Translations under genes and position numbers: made by a program
Source: Eledone cirrhosa
Taxonomy: Eukaryota
Reading direction: 5' to 3'
Assembly (NCBI GenBank): GCA_964016885.1
Contig: OZ024743.1
Coordinates: 230,764,001 to 230,828,000, forward strand
DNA length: 64,000 nt
Part shown: piece after piece, positions 26,324 through 39,114 of the stretch
How the letters are laid out: each line of letters begins with the position of its first letter
How positions within the stretch are numbered: the first letter of the stretch is position 1
Notes under the pieces: generated by a model
What the model saw: the letters and a program-made list of their open reading frames with translations, nothing else
What the model was told of the DNA's origin: nothing
The model's database searches: none

Positions 26324-26412
26324 GATTCTCATCTATATTAAAACTTTCATGCTCTGCGGTGTACTGAGTGCCTTGCTTACTATGGCTGCCTCCGATTCAA
26401 CCCGGAATAACG
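26324..26412 (+). mobile_element. Family E copy comprising only sequence 3' of the HHR cleavage site
   Basis: gattctcatctatattaaaac...ccgattcaacccggaataacg matches the reverse complement of 19857-19945. Confidence 0.75.
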
Positions 26413-26431
26413 TGTGTGTGTATGCGTGTGT

Positions 26432-26474
<43 letters not shown>

Positions 26475-26624
26475 TGTGTGTGCCTTTATGTTTTTTCGTG
26501 TATGTGTGGTTGTATGTGTAGTCTTATTTTATTTTTCCTTTCCTTCTTCCTTCTCCAGCCTCACCTTCATATAGCTTGCTTTTTTGTTTTTAAGATCCAA
26601 ATTCAATAAACAAACCAGGATTTT

Positions 26625-26682
26625 TTCATTCTGAGCATTGAAAGCAAAACCTTTTGCTTTTAAGAAACCACTGGTAGATGGA
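26625..26682 (+). ncRNA. Hammerhead ribozyme copy with a G8C core change (probably inactive)
   Basis: Same fold as 22586-22643, but the core reads CTGAGCA. Confidence 0.65.
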
Positions 26683-26712
26683 ATACTTGCCTTATGTTGT
26701 TTATTACATAAT

Positions 26713-26783
<71 letters not shown>

Positions 26784-26892
26784 TATGCATGAAGGACTTC
26801 TCGATTACATGGAGAACCGTGGAAATTTAAAATAATTAAACGATTTATGTAACATCAGCATTTTATTTTCTTATATATATATATATATTTAT

Positions 26893-26960
26893 ATATTTCG
26901 TTTCTGAATTTGTTTAGCAAGATTTTTTATCTGAAAACCCTCCCAAAGTATAACAATATA
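26893..26960. mobile_element. Family X minimal head-to-head insertion (~65 bp) in (TA)n
   Basis: Minus arm atttcgtttctgaatttgtttagcaag plus plus-strand arm ccctcccaaagtataacaata; both are 3' ends of the family at 38923-40210 and 41335-41585. Confidence 0.75.
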
Positions 26961-27048
26961 TATGTATATATATATATGTATGTATATGTATATATATATG
27001 CCTATTCCATCCCGCCCGTCCCCTCAATCTATCATATTTGTAATTTTT

Positions 27049-27084
27049 TCTTCTGATGAAAGACTAGCGTCCGAAACGTTAAGA
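27049..27084 (+). ncRNA. Minimal PLE-type hammerhead ribozyme
   Basis: TCTT CTGATGA A AGAC-TAGC-GTCC GAAAC GTT AAGA; loopless palindromic stem III. Confidence 0.8.
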
Positions 27085-27168
27085 CCCTCTTCCTGCTATA
27101 TCAAGCGTTAACCTAATATATCCCTTCCATATACTGTACCGATTGTGTTGTTATTTCTCTTTACCTTT

Positions 27169-27201
<33 letters not shown>

Positions 27202-27797
27202 CAATGCTTACGTTGACCTCTCAAAATTCGTTAGATTTTCTGAATGGATTTTACATCGAAGCTGGATACCAATCCGGTGTACACCTGAACTTCCACAAGG
27301 AAATATTTCGTATCCTTGACATTTTCTTTGCTTCTGGCATTTAAATATTCCACGACTCTCTGTACCACTTTTCCTCTACTATAGTCTTCTTACATCACTT
27401 TCTTTTCACCCCTCTATTTTTCACTCCCACCCTAGTACCTTCAATATGCCCAATCTCAAATCTTTTCTCCACCAGCTCCATTCTACACTCAAGCGCTTCC
27501 TCCAACCTCTCCCCTCCCCTATATGCATCCAATCCTTCCTGCATCTATCCAACCTCATCTTTACCAAAACACGATAAAACAGTCACATCACATTTTTAAG
27601 TCTCTGTCTCCACCAACATCTCATTCCCCGCGGGTTTAGCATCAAGTTTCACCCCACCTCTTACTCTGCTCCCACCACTGAGCCCATCCTTACCCGGTCC
27701 TCTCGCCAGCTCTGCGGGCAACCATTCGATCAACTCTCTCCCAAATCCGTTATCTCGACCGAGATCCCCCCGGGGCCTATTTCCATCTCTCCTCTAC

Positions 27798-30200
27798 TTG
27801 CCCCACTTCCACGCCCAATCCCTTATCCAATTTATCCTTTACCTCAATCGCCTCCTTTTCAATTTCCTCACTTCCGTAAAACAACACAAACTCGACTCTC
27901 TCCGCACCCCGCCTGCCGCCACCACTCATACTCATATCACCTCCAACCCTAACCCCTCTAACCCGTCACCTACCACCCCCTTTCCTCTCCCCACCATTGA
28001 ATCTGCCCACCGTTTGCCCAACTACTTTGACCCCTCCGCTTCCGACTCTTTCACTCCCTCACGTCCCTGCACTGTAGTTACCATACCCCAGGACCTACCA
28101 CTATCCGAAGCTGAGCGCTCCCTCCTAGCCCGTGGTTTGCGTTTTATACCAACCACATCTACCTGCGACGAGTTCCGCACACGTGCCGAGATGGAAGAGT
28201 TCTTCCGTCGATTAAAGCTGAAAGCTTTTTTTCACGACATGCCATCATCGACACAGACGGATGACTTCATTCGTCTCAGTCGCCGGCAATCACATTGGAC
28301 GCCGAGTTCTGACCAGTTCAGCACCCTCGACTCCTTTGTAGATACTTACCGGCGTACGGTGAATCGGTTCCGTTCCCACCAGCATTCTCCTCGCGCTAAC
28401 ATCACGCGGACTGAAATCTCCGCTCTTCGCAAACTTCAGCCTCGTGATCACAGTGTCATTAAACCCGTTGACAAAGGTGGCGCTGTGGTGGTTTGGAGTG
28501 CTGACCTCTATAGGGCTGAGGCTCTCTGCCAGCTTCACAGTGCCTTTATATACCGCCCTTTATCCTCCGACCTCACTCCTGGCTACCAACATCTCGTGAC
28601 CTCCACCATTCACGAGCTCTTCTCCTCCTCTCTCCTTCCCCCACAGCCACCAACCTTATTGTACGCACCCCCTCGCACACTCACCAACTACTTCACCCCA
28701 AAATACACAAACAAAATAATCCTGGCCCTCCTATCGTTTCTGCGTGCAAATACCCCACCGAGATAATTTCTGACTATTTAGACACCATCCTCGCCCCGTT
28801 AGTCTGCAATCTCCCCTCGAACATCCACGATACAAATCATGCCCTTAGACTCTTCAACTCGTTCTGCTTCCCTCTTGGTTCCTCCCACTTTCTCTTTACC
28901 CTGGACATCACCGCTCACTATACCCTCATCCTTCATGATGACGGCCTCCTCGCTCTCCAACATTTTTTAGATTTACGCCCTACCCCTTAACCCAGCACTA
29001 CCACTCGTCTCCGTCTGGCTGAGCTTGTTCTCACCCTCAATGGATTTTCTTTTTCGGGTGAATTTTATCAACGGGTCTCTGGGGTAGCGATGGGAACCAG
29101 AATGGGTACAAACTATGTAAACTTGTTTATTGGCTACGTCGAAGCCCATATCTTCTCCCAGTACGCTGGAACGACTCCTGAGCTATACGGTCGTTATATT
29201 GACGACTGTATCGGCACCACCTCTCTATCACGAGAACAGCTCGACTGTTTTTTTTCTTATGTTCAATCTTTCCATCCTGCTCTTAATTTAACCGCCTCCC
29301 ACTCCGATTCTTCTGTCGCTTTTCTAGATATCTCTCTATCTATTAACCACTCTCACTGCACCCTCTCTACTTCCAACTTCATTAAACTAACATACTCCCA
29401 ATCTTCTCTCGACTTCACCTCCTCCTCTCCAACAAACACAAATACTCCATACCCTATTCACAATTCCTCCGTCTTTGTCGACTCTGTAGCCAGGACGACG
29501 ATTTCGAAACCCATTCCCTTCGCATGGCTTCCTCCTTCATCCAGCATGGATATCCCCCAACCTGATACAAGCTGCTCTCACCCGCGCCCGTGAAACAGAC
29601 CGCACCACAGCCCTCTCACCTCACCCCTCCCTGCCAACACCCGTGTTCCTTTCCCTCTCACCTACCACCCCACTCTACGATTCCGGTGACATATCCTGCG
29701 TTCCTTCCATATCCTCTCTTCTGACCCCGTTATTTCTCGCTTTTTTCAAACCCACCCATTACTGCTTTTAAACGCGCCCAGAACCTCCACGACTTCCTGG
29801 TTCGCAGTTCCTTTTCATCCTCTCCCACGACTCCACCCGTCTCTCATCCTTTTTTCCCGTTCCCGCTGCAACACTTGTCCCTTTATTTCCACCCTCACCA
29901 CTCTTACAGGCCCTAACGGGTATTTCCATATCCACCATTCCTTGTCTATGCCCTCCGGTGTTCGCTTTGCGGGTCTTTATATATCGCACAAAAGAGGCGC
30001 CGTATGGCGGACTGTTTTGCCGAACATTTGAGGGACATACAACTCGATTTGGATACTCCTGGAGCCCTTCATTTCTGTTCTCCTGGTTATTCTTCCATAC
30101 ATGTTTCAGTCAAGGGTGTCATGGATCACAGACCTGGTGCACCAGGACTGAACAAAGTCTGATTCACTGCCTTGGGTCCTATTCCCTCTTGGACTCAACT
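27798..30200 (+). pseudogene. Frameshifted PLE reverse transcriptase/endonuclease ORF
   Basis: ORFs 27798-28766 and 29090-29593 carry the DKG motif and the RT motifs GVAMGTRMG and YIDD. Confidence 0.88.
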
Positions 30201-30459
30201 CACCTCCCCAATTTCTCTAATACCCCGTCCATTATCACACCACTAGATTCCTATCGCTTTCTCTTGATCATTACAATTAATACATGCCGACTATATATGC
30301 TCACTCCACTTTTCCCTTCACTGCTCTGTAGACACATATACACAACAACATATTAACATACTTTTGCTCATGGCTTCGTACTTACATGCACACACACACA
30401 CACACACACTCTTTTACTCACATATACACATACGTTTAGCTTCGTACCGACGTATAATA

Positions 30460-30495
<36 letters not shown>

Positions 30496-30771
30496 CCACA
30501 CATACACACACATACACACACACATACACACACACACACACACACACAAACGCATGTGCACATGTATATTTCTTTTTACAAAACGTATTTTTTCATTTCA
30601 GGTAGACGCGCTCCATCATCCACTTTTCTAAAAATTAAATCATACACAAAAAGTCAGCACCAACAGGTTTGCAAGTGATGTCAACATGAATGGACCAGTT
30701 ATTTTTATCTAAAGATATTTATTCCAATTCCATCCCGCCTGTCCCCTCAATCTATTTTATTTCTCATCCTT

Positions 30772-30807
30772 TCTTCTGATGAAGGACTTGCGTCGGAAAC
30801 GTTAAGA
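30772..30807 (+). ncRNA. Minimal PLE-type hammerhead ribozyme (3' pLTR)
   Basis: TCTT CTGATGA AGGAC-TTGC-GTCG GAAAC GTT AAGA. Confidence 0.78.
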
Positions 30808-30909
30808 CCCTCTTCCTGCTATATCAAGCGTTAACCTAATAAATCCCTTCCATAGACTGTACCGATTGTGTTGTTATTTCTGTTTACCTTTTACACATAT
30901 ATATATATA

Positions 30910-31017
30910 TAATTGTTTCTACTTTTCGCACAAGGCCAGCAATTATCCCAGTGTATTACTGGTACTTTATTTTATCGACCCCGTAAGGATGAGTGGCAAA
31001 GTTAACCTCGGCGGGAT
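30910..31017 (-). mobile_element. tRNA-SINE 3' half
   Basis: Reverse complement of the SINE core and tail. Confidence 0.8.
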
Positions 31018-31061
31018 ATATATAATAATAATAATATGTGGAGAAGGAGCACACGAGTTGG

Positions 31062-31180
<119 letters not shown>

Positions 31181-31839
31181 GCGTATATATATATATATAT
31201 ATATGCGATTCTCGATAATTTATATTTGTATTAATCTCCAGATTCTAGCTATTGACCAGTTAATTTTCTTGATTTTTTAGTTGATTCTATTGACTGATGA
31301 ATAGCTTATGTTAATTTTAACCCCTCTGTTGAGAACTTTATTCGATTTGTGATGTTTTGCATTCTTGCAATAATATACACACCTGAATTCATTCGCCTGA
31401 TATAGGGGTTGCCTCCCTTGCCGATCCCCACGTGGGGTCAGCAATAGTCAGTCCTTGTATTAGCATTGAACTAAAACCTGTTGAGAAAGCGGCTTCCTTG
31501 TTCAATCATCTTACCAGAAGCCTAACATTAGTTATGTAAGCGGACAGTACTTGATTTAGGAATCGCAGAAACCCAAATGCTGGATTTTACCATCCTTCCA
31601 GGGGTCCGGGTAAATTTTCAATCACATATATTTTAAATTTGTTTGACCCGACTTACTTGATCGTTTTTTGGCTGTGCGGATGATTGTTTAACCATCATCT
31701 CAGTGTGTTTGGCTTTTAACGTTTGTTATAGCTCTGGTTCATCTGAATCATTGAGCACTTGCCACACATCTCGGAGGTTGTTTTTCGTTATTTCGTGTGC
31801 CGATATGCGTTTCTCGATAATTTATATTTGCATATATTT

Positions 31840-32869
31840 ATGAAAATATGGAGAAAAGACGATTTTTAGGAAGAAAAATTCTTTTTTTTTCCCTCTTATT
31901 TATTTCTCTTTTTTCTGGGTTCGAAATTGTGTGAAGTGTTAAGGTATTATTTAATTTATTTATTAATTAACAATGGCATTTATTTATTTATATATTTAAT
32001 ATTTGTCTATTACCGGTTTCAGCATTTTATGCATAATCAAAAGAGGGAATTTTTATTGGTGCAAGATGTTGGTGATGTTGAACATGTTAAGGAAATGCTG
32101 AAGAAAGAATAATGTTATTTACAAACAAGGTTTTTGAAGTGCAAAGAATACACAAAAAAAGAGGGTAGTGTGGAACATGATAAGTTAATGGGAAAGAAAA
32201 CATTATATTATTTACAGGCATAGTTCTTGAAGATAAGCAGTTCAAAATCTGTTATTATGGCAAGAGTGCCTAGTTGATCCATGATGAAGACAAATGGTAG
32301 TCTGGGGTTTGATATGATTTCCCTTTTTTCGAGAGTTAATATGCAGGGGAACGTAATGCAGGGTGGTCAGGTAGGGGAAAGAAAAATGAGAAGGGGTAAT
32401 TCATTTATATAAGAAAAAGGATTTGGTAGGGTGTTAGGGATGTAACTCTTTAGAGAACATATGAATTTTGTTTTGGTTCATTGTTCGTTCCAGTTTTAGT
32501 TTAGTCCGAAATTTAGTCCATTACCCCTTTTTTCTTTTTTCTTTTCACTTCAAAACCCTTCTTTATAAATAATATTATTCTTTCTTCACCATTTCTTTAA
32601 CATGTTCAACATCACCAATATTTTACACCAATACAAATTCCCCCTTTTGATAATGCATACAATGCTGAAACTGGTAGTCGACAATTATTTAATATAAAAT
32701 ATTAAATAAATGCCATTGTTAATAAATAAATAAACTAACTAATAAATTAACACTTCACACAAAGTAAAATATTTTGTTTTAAACATTTTCTAACCCAGAA
32801 AAAAGAGAAAAAAAAATAAAAGAGAAAAAATATATATTTTCTTCCTAATAATCGTCTTTTTCTCCCTAT

Positions 32870-32875
<6 letters not shown>
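31840..32875. mobile_element. Family F PLE-like inverted pair with a putative variant-core HHR
   Basis: 31840-32130 is a diverged reverse complement of 32560-32875; a third arm lies at 34905-35250. Motif TTGATAA-TGCAT..ATGCT-GAAACCGGTA. Confidence 0.65.
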
Positions 32876-32914
<39 letters not shown>

Positions 32915-32918
<4 letters not shown>

Positions 32919-33950
32919 GTTTAATAAATGAACAGGGAACAAAAAACAGAGAGACAGTACAAATGATATTGTTTTTAGTTTCACGCCTGAGAGTGTGGGG
33001 TGGGGGGGGGGGGGGGGGGGCCGGCGGCGACGTTTCGGGCATATGCCCTTCATCAGGAGAACAGTGGGTAGGAAGAGAATTCCGAGTGTGTGTGGGGGTG
33101 TGGTGGAAAGACATTTAAAAAAAGAGGGGGAGAGAAAAGGGATGAAAAACAATATTTTTAGAGAGTAATATATATATATATATTTTTTTTTAATCTTTGA
33201 TATGATCAACCTGATGTGCTTTTGATCAGGTTTCAGAGGAAATTAGAGGAAAAGCAGTGCGTATAATTTTTGAGTTTTCGCATATTCGTATATACACGTG
33301 TCTGTGTGAACGTTCTAATGTTTCTGGGATATCTGTCCATCAATTTATAACCGACTCACTGTTGGTCCACACTGCTAATCTGTGCCTTTTGCGGGTATTG
33401 ATTTCATGGAGACTTCCAATATTTTGGGATATTTGCGAGACATACGACTTTTGAGATCTGGTATATTTTATCATTTTTGATATAGCCGTTTTATTTATCG
33501 AAATTAAAGATGTATTCAGGATTTTGTGTAGTCGTTCCCAAAGTTGTCTTTCAATAGACAAGTGTTATAGCTTATTTCCTGCTTTTCCTGTCTTTACAAA
33601 TATTCCGTTTGATTTCTATGATTCCCATGATGGTAGGCACATTTTCCTTGAGGGTGTTGTATATTTTCTTGAAGTTTATATTCTTCCATACTTTAAATAA
33701 CTATTCTTCTCCAATCATTCTTCAGAGAAAAGGTTTGAGTAGTTTATCCCTGAATGGCCCCATCTGGTACTGAAAACGAATTTAGAATAATTAGTAATAT
33801 CTTTCACGCATTCTTTGTCGAAATAAAAAAAATGCCTTGCAGCAGATACATTTGGTTAGGTTTCAATATTTAAACAATTATTGAAATGGGTTTCGATGGA
33901 TATTCTCTGATATTTGTGGAAAATTCTATCAGATGAAATTTCAGCAGTTA
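32915..33950 (-). mobile_element. Decayed PLE 3' portion (GIY-YIG remnant and pLTR)
   Basis: Frameshifted endonuclease-like sequence upstream of an HHR-bearing tail. Confidence 0.6.
33026..33059 (-). ncRNA. Minimal hammerhead core (stem I disrupted)
   Basis: CTC CTGATGA A GGGCA-TA-TGCCC GAAAC GTC. Confidence 0.7.
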
Positions 33951-34299
33951 TGCTTAAAAACACAAATTCGTATATGCGTATATTTCAACAAATCATCAGA
34001 GGCACATAGATATACATATTTACGCAATGAAAGGTTCACGCAATGAAAGGTTCATGCAATGGAAGGTTAACACGAATAAGATAACACACACCTGTAGCAA
34101 GGAGCACGGATGGGTTAATGGCCGCATCAACGTAAACGCTCAGATGCAGGTATATACACAAATATATACATGGAAACATTTAAGAGAAGACAAAGACACA
34201 GATTCATCACAAATGCGACCCCAACAATTATACATTTACGAAACTATTTGCAAATTTACTTATTTTAAAAATTAACAAAATCAAGTCTTCCCATGTCTT

Positions 34300-34735
34300 A
34301 AATTTTTACTGCCTCTGCTGCGATACTTCGTGGCTGGTTCTACCGCAGGTGCAAGAAGAAGGATTTTTTAAAGACGAGAATTCGGATGCAATTGCATCTG
34401 CATACCTGGTCCTAACTTCTGTATCCACTAACGCTTGCCACTTTATTCTGTAGGTGATTCTGGACGAACTTGATTTGTGGGATTCTTTGGCTTTAAGTAT
34501 TACAAATATCTAGATGGTGATGTTGACAGCTCAGCTATTCTCTGAACACGAATATCCTGCACAGAATCGAAAAGATCAGACAAAATAACAAAATCTATTA
34601 TTGATCTATGTACCTGATATCCCATATACCAAATGTATTTATGGATATCTCTGTGCTTGAGGAAGGTATATACAATAGGGATGAATTACTAGGAGAAATC
34701 TAATAAGACCTCTACCTTCGACACAGGTGCATCAA
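34300..34735 (-). pseudogene. RTE-type AP endonuclease fragment
   Basis: TFLKHRDIHKYIWY..RSIIDFVIL..VQDIRVQRIAELST.HHL. Confidence 0.7.
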
Positions 34736-34782
34736 CAACGATGAACCTAAGTCGTATATATGTATATATATATATATATATA

Positions 34783-34833
<51 letters not shown>

Positions 34834-34845
34834 GTGTGTGTGTAT

Positions 34846-34905
<60 letters not shown>

Positions 34906-35251
34906 AGAAGAAAACGATTATTAGGAAGATAAATCTTTTTTTTTTTGGTTATGTTCTTGTCTTTTTTCTGGGTTAGAAAATGCTTAAAACATATTATTTT
35001 ACTTTGTGTGAAGTGTCAAAGTATCAATTAATTTATTTATTTATTAACAGTAGCATTGATTTATTTATTTACTAATTTATTTATTTAATAATTATCCATT
35101 ACCGGTTTCAGCATTTCATGCATTATCAAATTATGGAGTGGAGAGAAAAAAAAGGAATTTGTGTTTGTACAAAATGTAGAGGAGAAAATAAGGTGATGTT
35201 AAACATATTAAGGAAATGGGAAAGAAAGAATAATATTATTTACAAACATGG

Positions 35252-35364
<113 letters not shown>

Positions 35365-35979
35365 AGAGAACGGGCGGGGGAAGTTTTTCTCATCAGTTGT
35401 CTACTGGGACCTCGGATATTTCAACGCTTTAATGACAATATATCTACACCCAGAACGTTCAATAACCGGGTAAGTTGTTGGGAAAAAGGAGGGCGGAGGG
35501 AGGGAAAATAGAAGCGAAAAGAGGAAAAGGGAAGAAAAGGGAAACAGCGAAAAAAACAATAAACCTAAGAATGTGCAGCAACTGAATCCAAGACCACAGT
35601 TGTAAGAGAACATATGTTCAATAGTGTGTGATCGAACGAAAAAACAAGCGACTGACCCAAGCGAGTGTAAGTGAGAAAAAGAGTGCTAGAAGGTCAGATA
35701 TATTGTCTTTAAAGCGTTGAAATATCTGAGACCACCTGTAGATAACTGATGAGGAAAGTTCTTGCTTTCTTCTTATTCTAATTTCATTTTTAATCTTAAC
35801 TTTACTAGCAACTATTCAGCCATCCTATTCTCCACATATATATATATATGAGGATCCGCTAAGGTGAAACAATTGTTCTCTGTATGGTGAACTAACTGTT
35901 GTGTAACCACTTCTACCTAACTCGTCCCATGGACTGAGTCCTCTACCACTACGGATATTACCTTCCAGTGTTCTACCAC

Positions 35980-36037
<58 letters not shown>

Positions 36038-36890
36038 CATACATCGATCCATACATACATTCATACATACACACATATACACAAACGAACACGAACAGAC
36101 ACAAAGACTGAAACACTTTAGAGTATATATGAAATTATACACCCCTAGTAACACGGAGATTACTGAGAAATTTATGTGGGGGGCAGAGAAAGAGAGTGAG
36201 ATATTGAAAGAAGAATAAACAGACATTTAGGGTAAGATTGATGGAAAAATATGAATTATATATTAGAATAGAGCGGTGAATTGGAAAATCATTGAAACGT
36301 TGAATAAAATAGTGTGTGTTATTTCTGACACAAAACTCTGTACACTAAATCATACAGAAGTCAACTTTACCTCATAATTTTGAAGTCGATATAAAAATAA
36401 TAGTCCAGTACCGGGGTCTATTCGTCTTCTATATCACTTTCCCAGTTTCTCTCCTTCTCTAGACTAAATCGGCTGTGTTCAGACCTGGTGAAATTATTGC
36501 CTCTACCAGGATTTTAAAAGCACCTAGGAAACACCATATGTCACTGGTGTACCCGTAACACTCCATCTGAAGTTACTTTTAGATGCCGACATACAGAAAT
36601 ACATATTAGAATACAAAATTAGAATGCTTCATTTTCTCAAATATTTTTCAGTTTAAATAACCCCTCCTTAATTTCCTAATCCCATTCAGTTTTATTTTTC
36701 TGCATTCATTTATCGTCACATTTATTCACAACGTCGGTGTGTTGTAGAGACATTTATGCCAATGAATTAATCTGTGGCATTTCTGGATTACTATACGAAA
36801 TATTGTGATGTTTTGTGATGAATTGCATTGTGATTTCCAAAGAAACATTAACGTGTGCGTGAGTGTGTGAATACGCACACACACACACAT

Positions 36891-37009
<119 letters not shown>

Positions 37010-37335
37010 TGAGAGATATAGATATAGTCAGAGAGAGAGTGAGACAGAGATATTAGATAACTGGACGAACAACAAGATAAGCATATAGAGTGAATACAAT
37101 TCGATTTTTTTTGTAGCTTTAAACATCGTATTCCGGCGTATGGAATATATTTCTTTTTATCTTTAATAAAATCAGAATATGTTTGTAGAGAATACTTAAA
37201 AATCCCATAAAAAAAGTCAGTAAAATAACAATAAAAAACGGAGTAATATTTCTACTTTCAAATTCATAATTTCCTATTTGTCTTCCCGTCATTACATTTT
37301 ATGTTTCGTATATATTTATCTACCCAAGTGTTTTC

Positions 37336-37434
<99 letters not shown>

Positions 37435-37829
37435 ACTGTATATCATGTATATGTCTGTATATATCCTTATATATATATATGTATATATATTACTTTCAAT
37501 CTATATTCGTTGATTTATATGGCTCATCCGTTCATTCTCACGTTAATTTATAAACATTAATTTATATATGTATATGTGGGGGTATGCTCGAGTTTAAATA
37601 TCGATAGATATAATAATTGCATTAATATGGATTAATATAGATTCGTGTGAGTTCTATCATACACCATCGCCCTCACTTTAATCACATATTCTACATAGCC
37701 AATATATCAATTTATATGGGAAATTGTCTATCCACTTATTTTCTCTCTGTGGCAGTCTTTCTTGTAAACAGAATATAAATCTATCTATCCATCTATCTAT
37801 TTCTTTCAATCTTTTCTCCCCCACATCCC

Positions 37830-38050
37830 CCTCTCTGTACCTTATTCTCATACGTTTATTTTTCACTCCCACTCTAGTACCTTCACCAATTCTACCTCGC
37901 CCGTCCCTTCAATCTATCTACTTTCTCATTCTTTCTTCTGATGAAGAACTAGCGTCCGAAATGTTAAGACTCTTTCTGCAATTTCAAGTTAATATATTCC
38001 TTCCTTATACTGTAACGATTGTATTGTGATTTCTGTTTACCTTTTACATA
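37830..38050 (+). mobile_element. Solo pLTR of the Neptune-like PLE, with a minimal HHR at 37934-37969
   Basis: Similar to 27000-27172 and ends in (TA)n. Confidence 0.8.
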
Positions 38051-38085
38051 CATACATTACATACATATATATATATATATATATA

Positions 38086-38910
38086 TAAATTCAGCGAGAT
38101 TCGCATTTCGGCAGGTAGAAAAAGCGAAACGAAACGCAAAAATCAGAAATAATGCTTGCAAGTGCTCCATAGTTAAAAAAACCAGAGCTAAACAATATGT
38201 TAAAACGCCATACAAAACTGAAAAAGTGGTCAAAAAAGCATCACCCACCTAAGCCAAAAAGCAAATCAAGCTAAACCGGTCAAAACAAAATAAATGAAAA
38301 AAAAACACACATCTGGAGTCATTGGAATTGATGTTAAAATCCAAATGCAGGGTTTCTATGACACATAAATCAAAATACTGTCTGCTTAAAATTATAACAT
38401 TTAGGTATAATGATCGAACAAGGAATATCACGTTATCAGCAGGTATTTTGCTCTGTACCAACATTGTGATTGACACAGAGCCACGTAGACGCACATGTGG
38501 AATTCACAAGGGGAAAACCCCCAGATTTCGGCAAATTAATTCAGTATGTGTATACGATGCCAAAAATTGCATAAATAGCACGAATCGAATACGCACTCAA
38601 CCGGGTAGTTTATTAAATAAACGTATGTAATTAACCTGTTAATAACATTATTAACAAGTTAATAATAAGACTCGGGAGATTAATAGAAATATAAATTCAG
38701 CGAGAATCGCATTTCGGCGGGTAGAAAAAGCGAAACGAAGCGCAAAATTAAGAAATAATGCTGGTAAGCGCTCCATAGTTATAAAAAAAAAACAGAGCTA
38801 AACAGTATGTTAAAACGCCATACAAAACTGAAAAAGTGCTCAAGAAAGCATCAACCACCTAAGTCAAAAAGCAAATCAAGCTAAACAGGTCAAAACAAAA
38901 TAAATGATAA
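38086..38910. repeat. ~220 bp direct repeat with ~603 bp period, bounded by (TA)n
   Basis: 38086-38300 resembles 38690-38908. Confidence 0.85.
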
Positions 38911-39071
38911 TATATATATATATATTGTTATACTTTGGGAGGGTCATGTTGGCAATAAAAAACACACGCACCAGTCACGTTCACTTCAATTTATTATAAA
39001 TTAAATTTATAAATTTAGGAATTTATTAATTTCCGGTTGGTTGGTTGGTTCCAAGCAATTGTTCATATATT

Positions 39072-39114
39072 GTCAAAGTTCTTTCGTCAAACATTATGTG
39101 ACCTCTTCAGTGAC
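39072..39114 (-). ncRNA. Type I hammerhead ribozyme (family X)
   Basis: Stem I GTCA/TGAC; CTGAAGA; stem II GTCA..TGAC; GAAA; stem III AG-aa-CT; CUU triplet. Confidence 0.78.

Larger units (their letters stand above)
27000..30897 (+). mobile_element. Near full-length decayed Penelope-like element (Neptune-like) with direct pLTRs
   Basis: pLTR 27000-27172 resembles 30725-30897. ORF remnants: LSEAERSLLARGLRFIPT, FFRRLKLKAFF, IKPVDKGGAVVVW, MGTRMG, RYIDD, and a decayed GIY-YIG region. Confidence 0.9.

Noticed and set aside
24261-26609. Many long ORFs rich in YI/CV/HT repeats, here and throughout the window
   Set aside because: They are translations of (TA)n, (TG)n and (CA)n microsatellites that lack stops, not proteins.
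35385-35760. Inverted arms containing GAAA upstream of CTGATGA (possible type II/III hammerhead)
   Set aside because: No complementary stem II can be formed; kept only as an unexplained short inverted repeat.
35845-35985. GAAACAATTGTT palindrome in a (TA)n-flanked 140 bp insert
   Set aside because: Only the 3' half of a possible HHR is present; likely a truncated PLE tail and not callable as a ribozyme.
38100-38290. Lys/Ala-rich translation reminiscent of a histone H1 tail
   Set aside because: In-frame stop, no globular domain, and A-rich repeat composition explains it.
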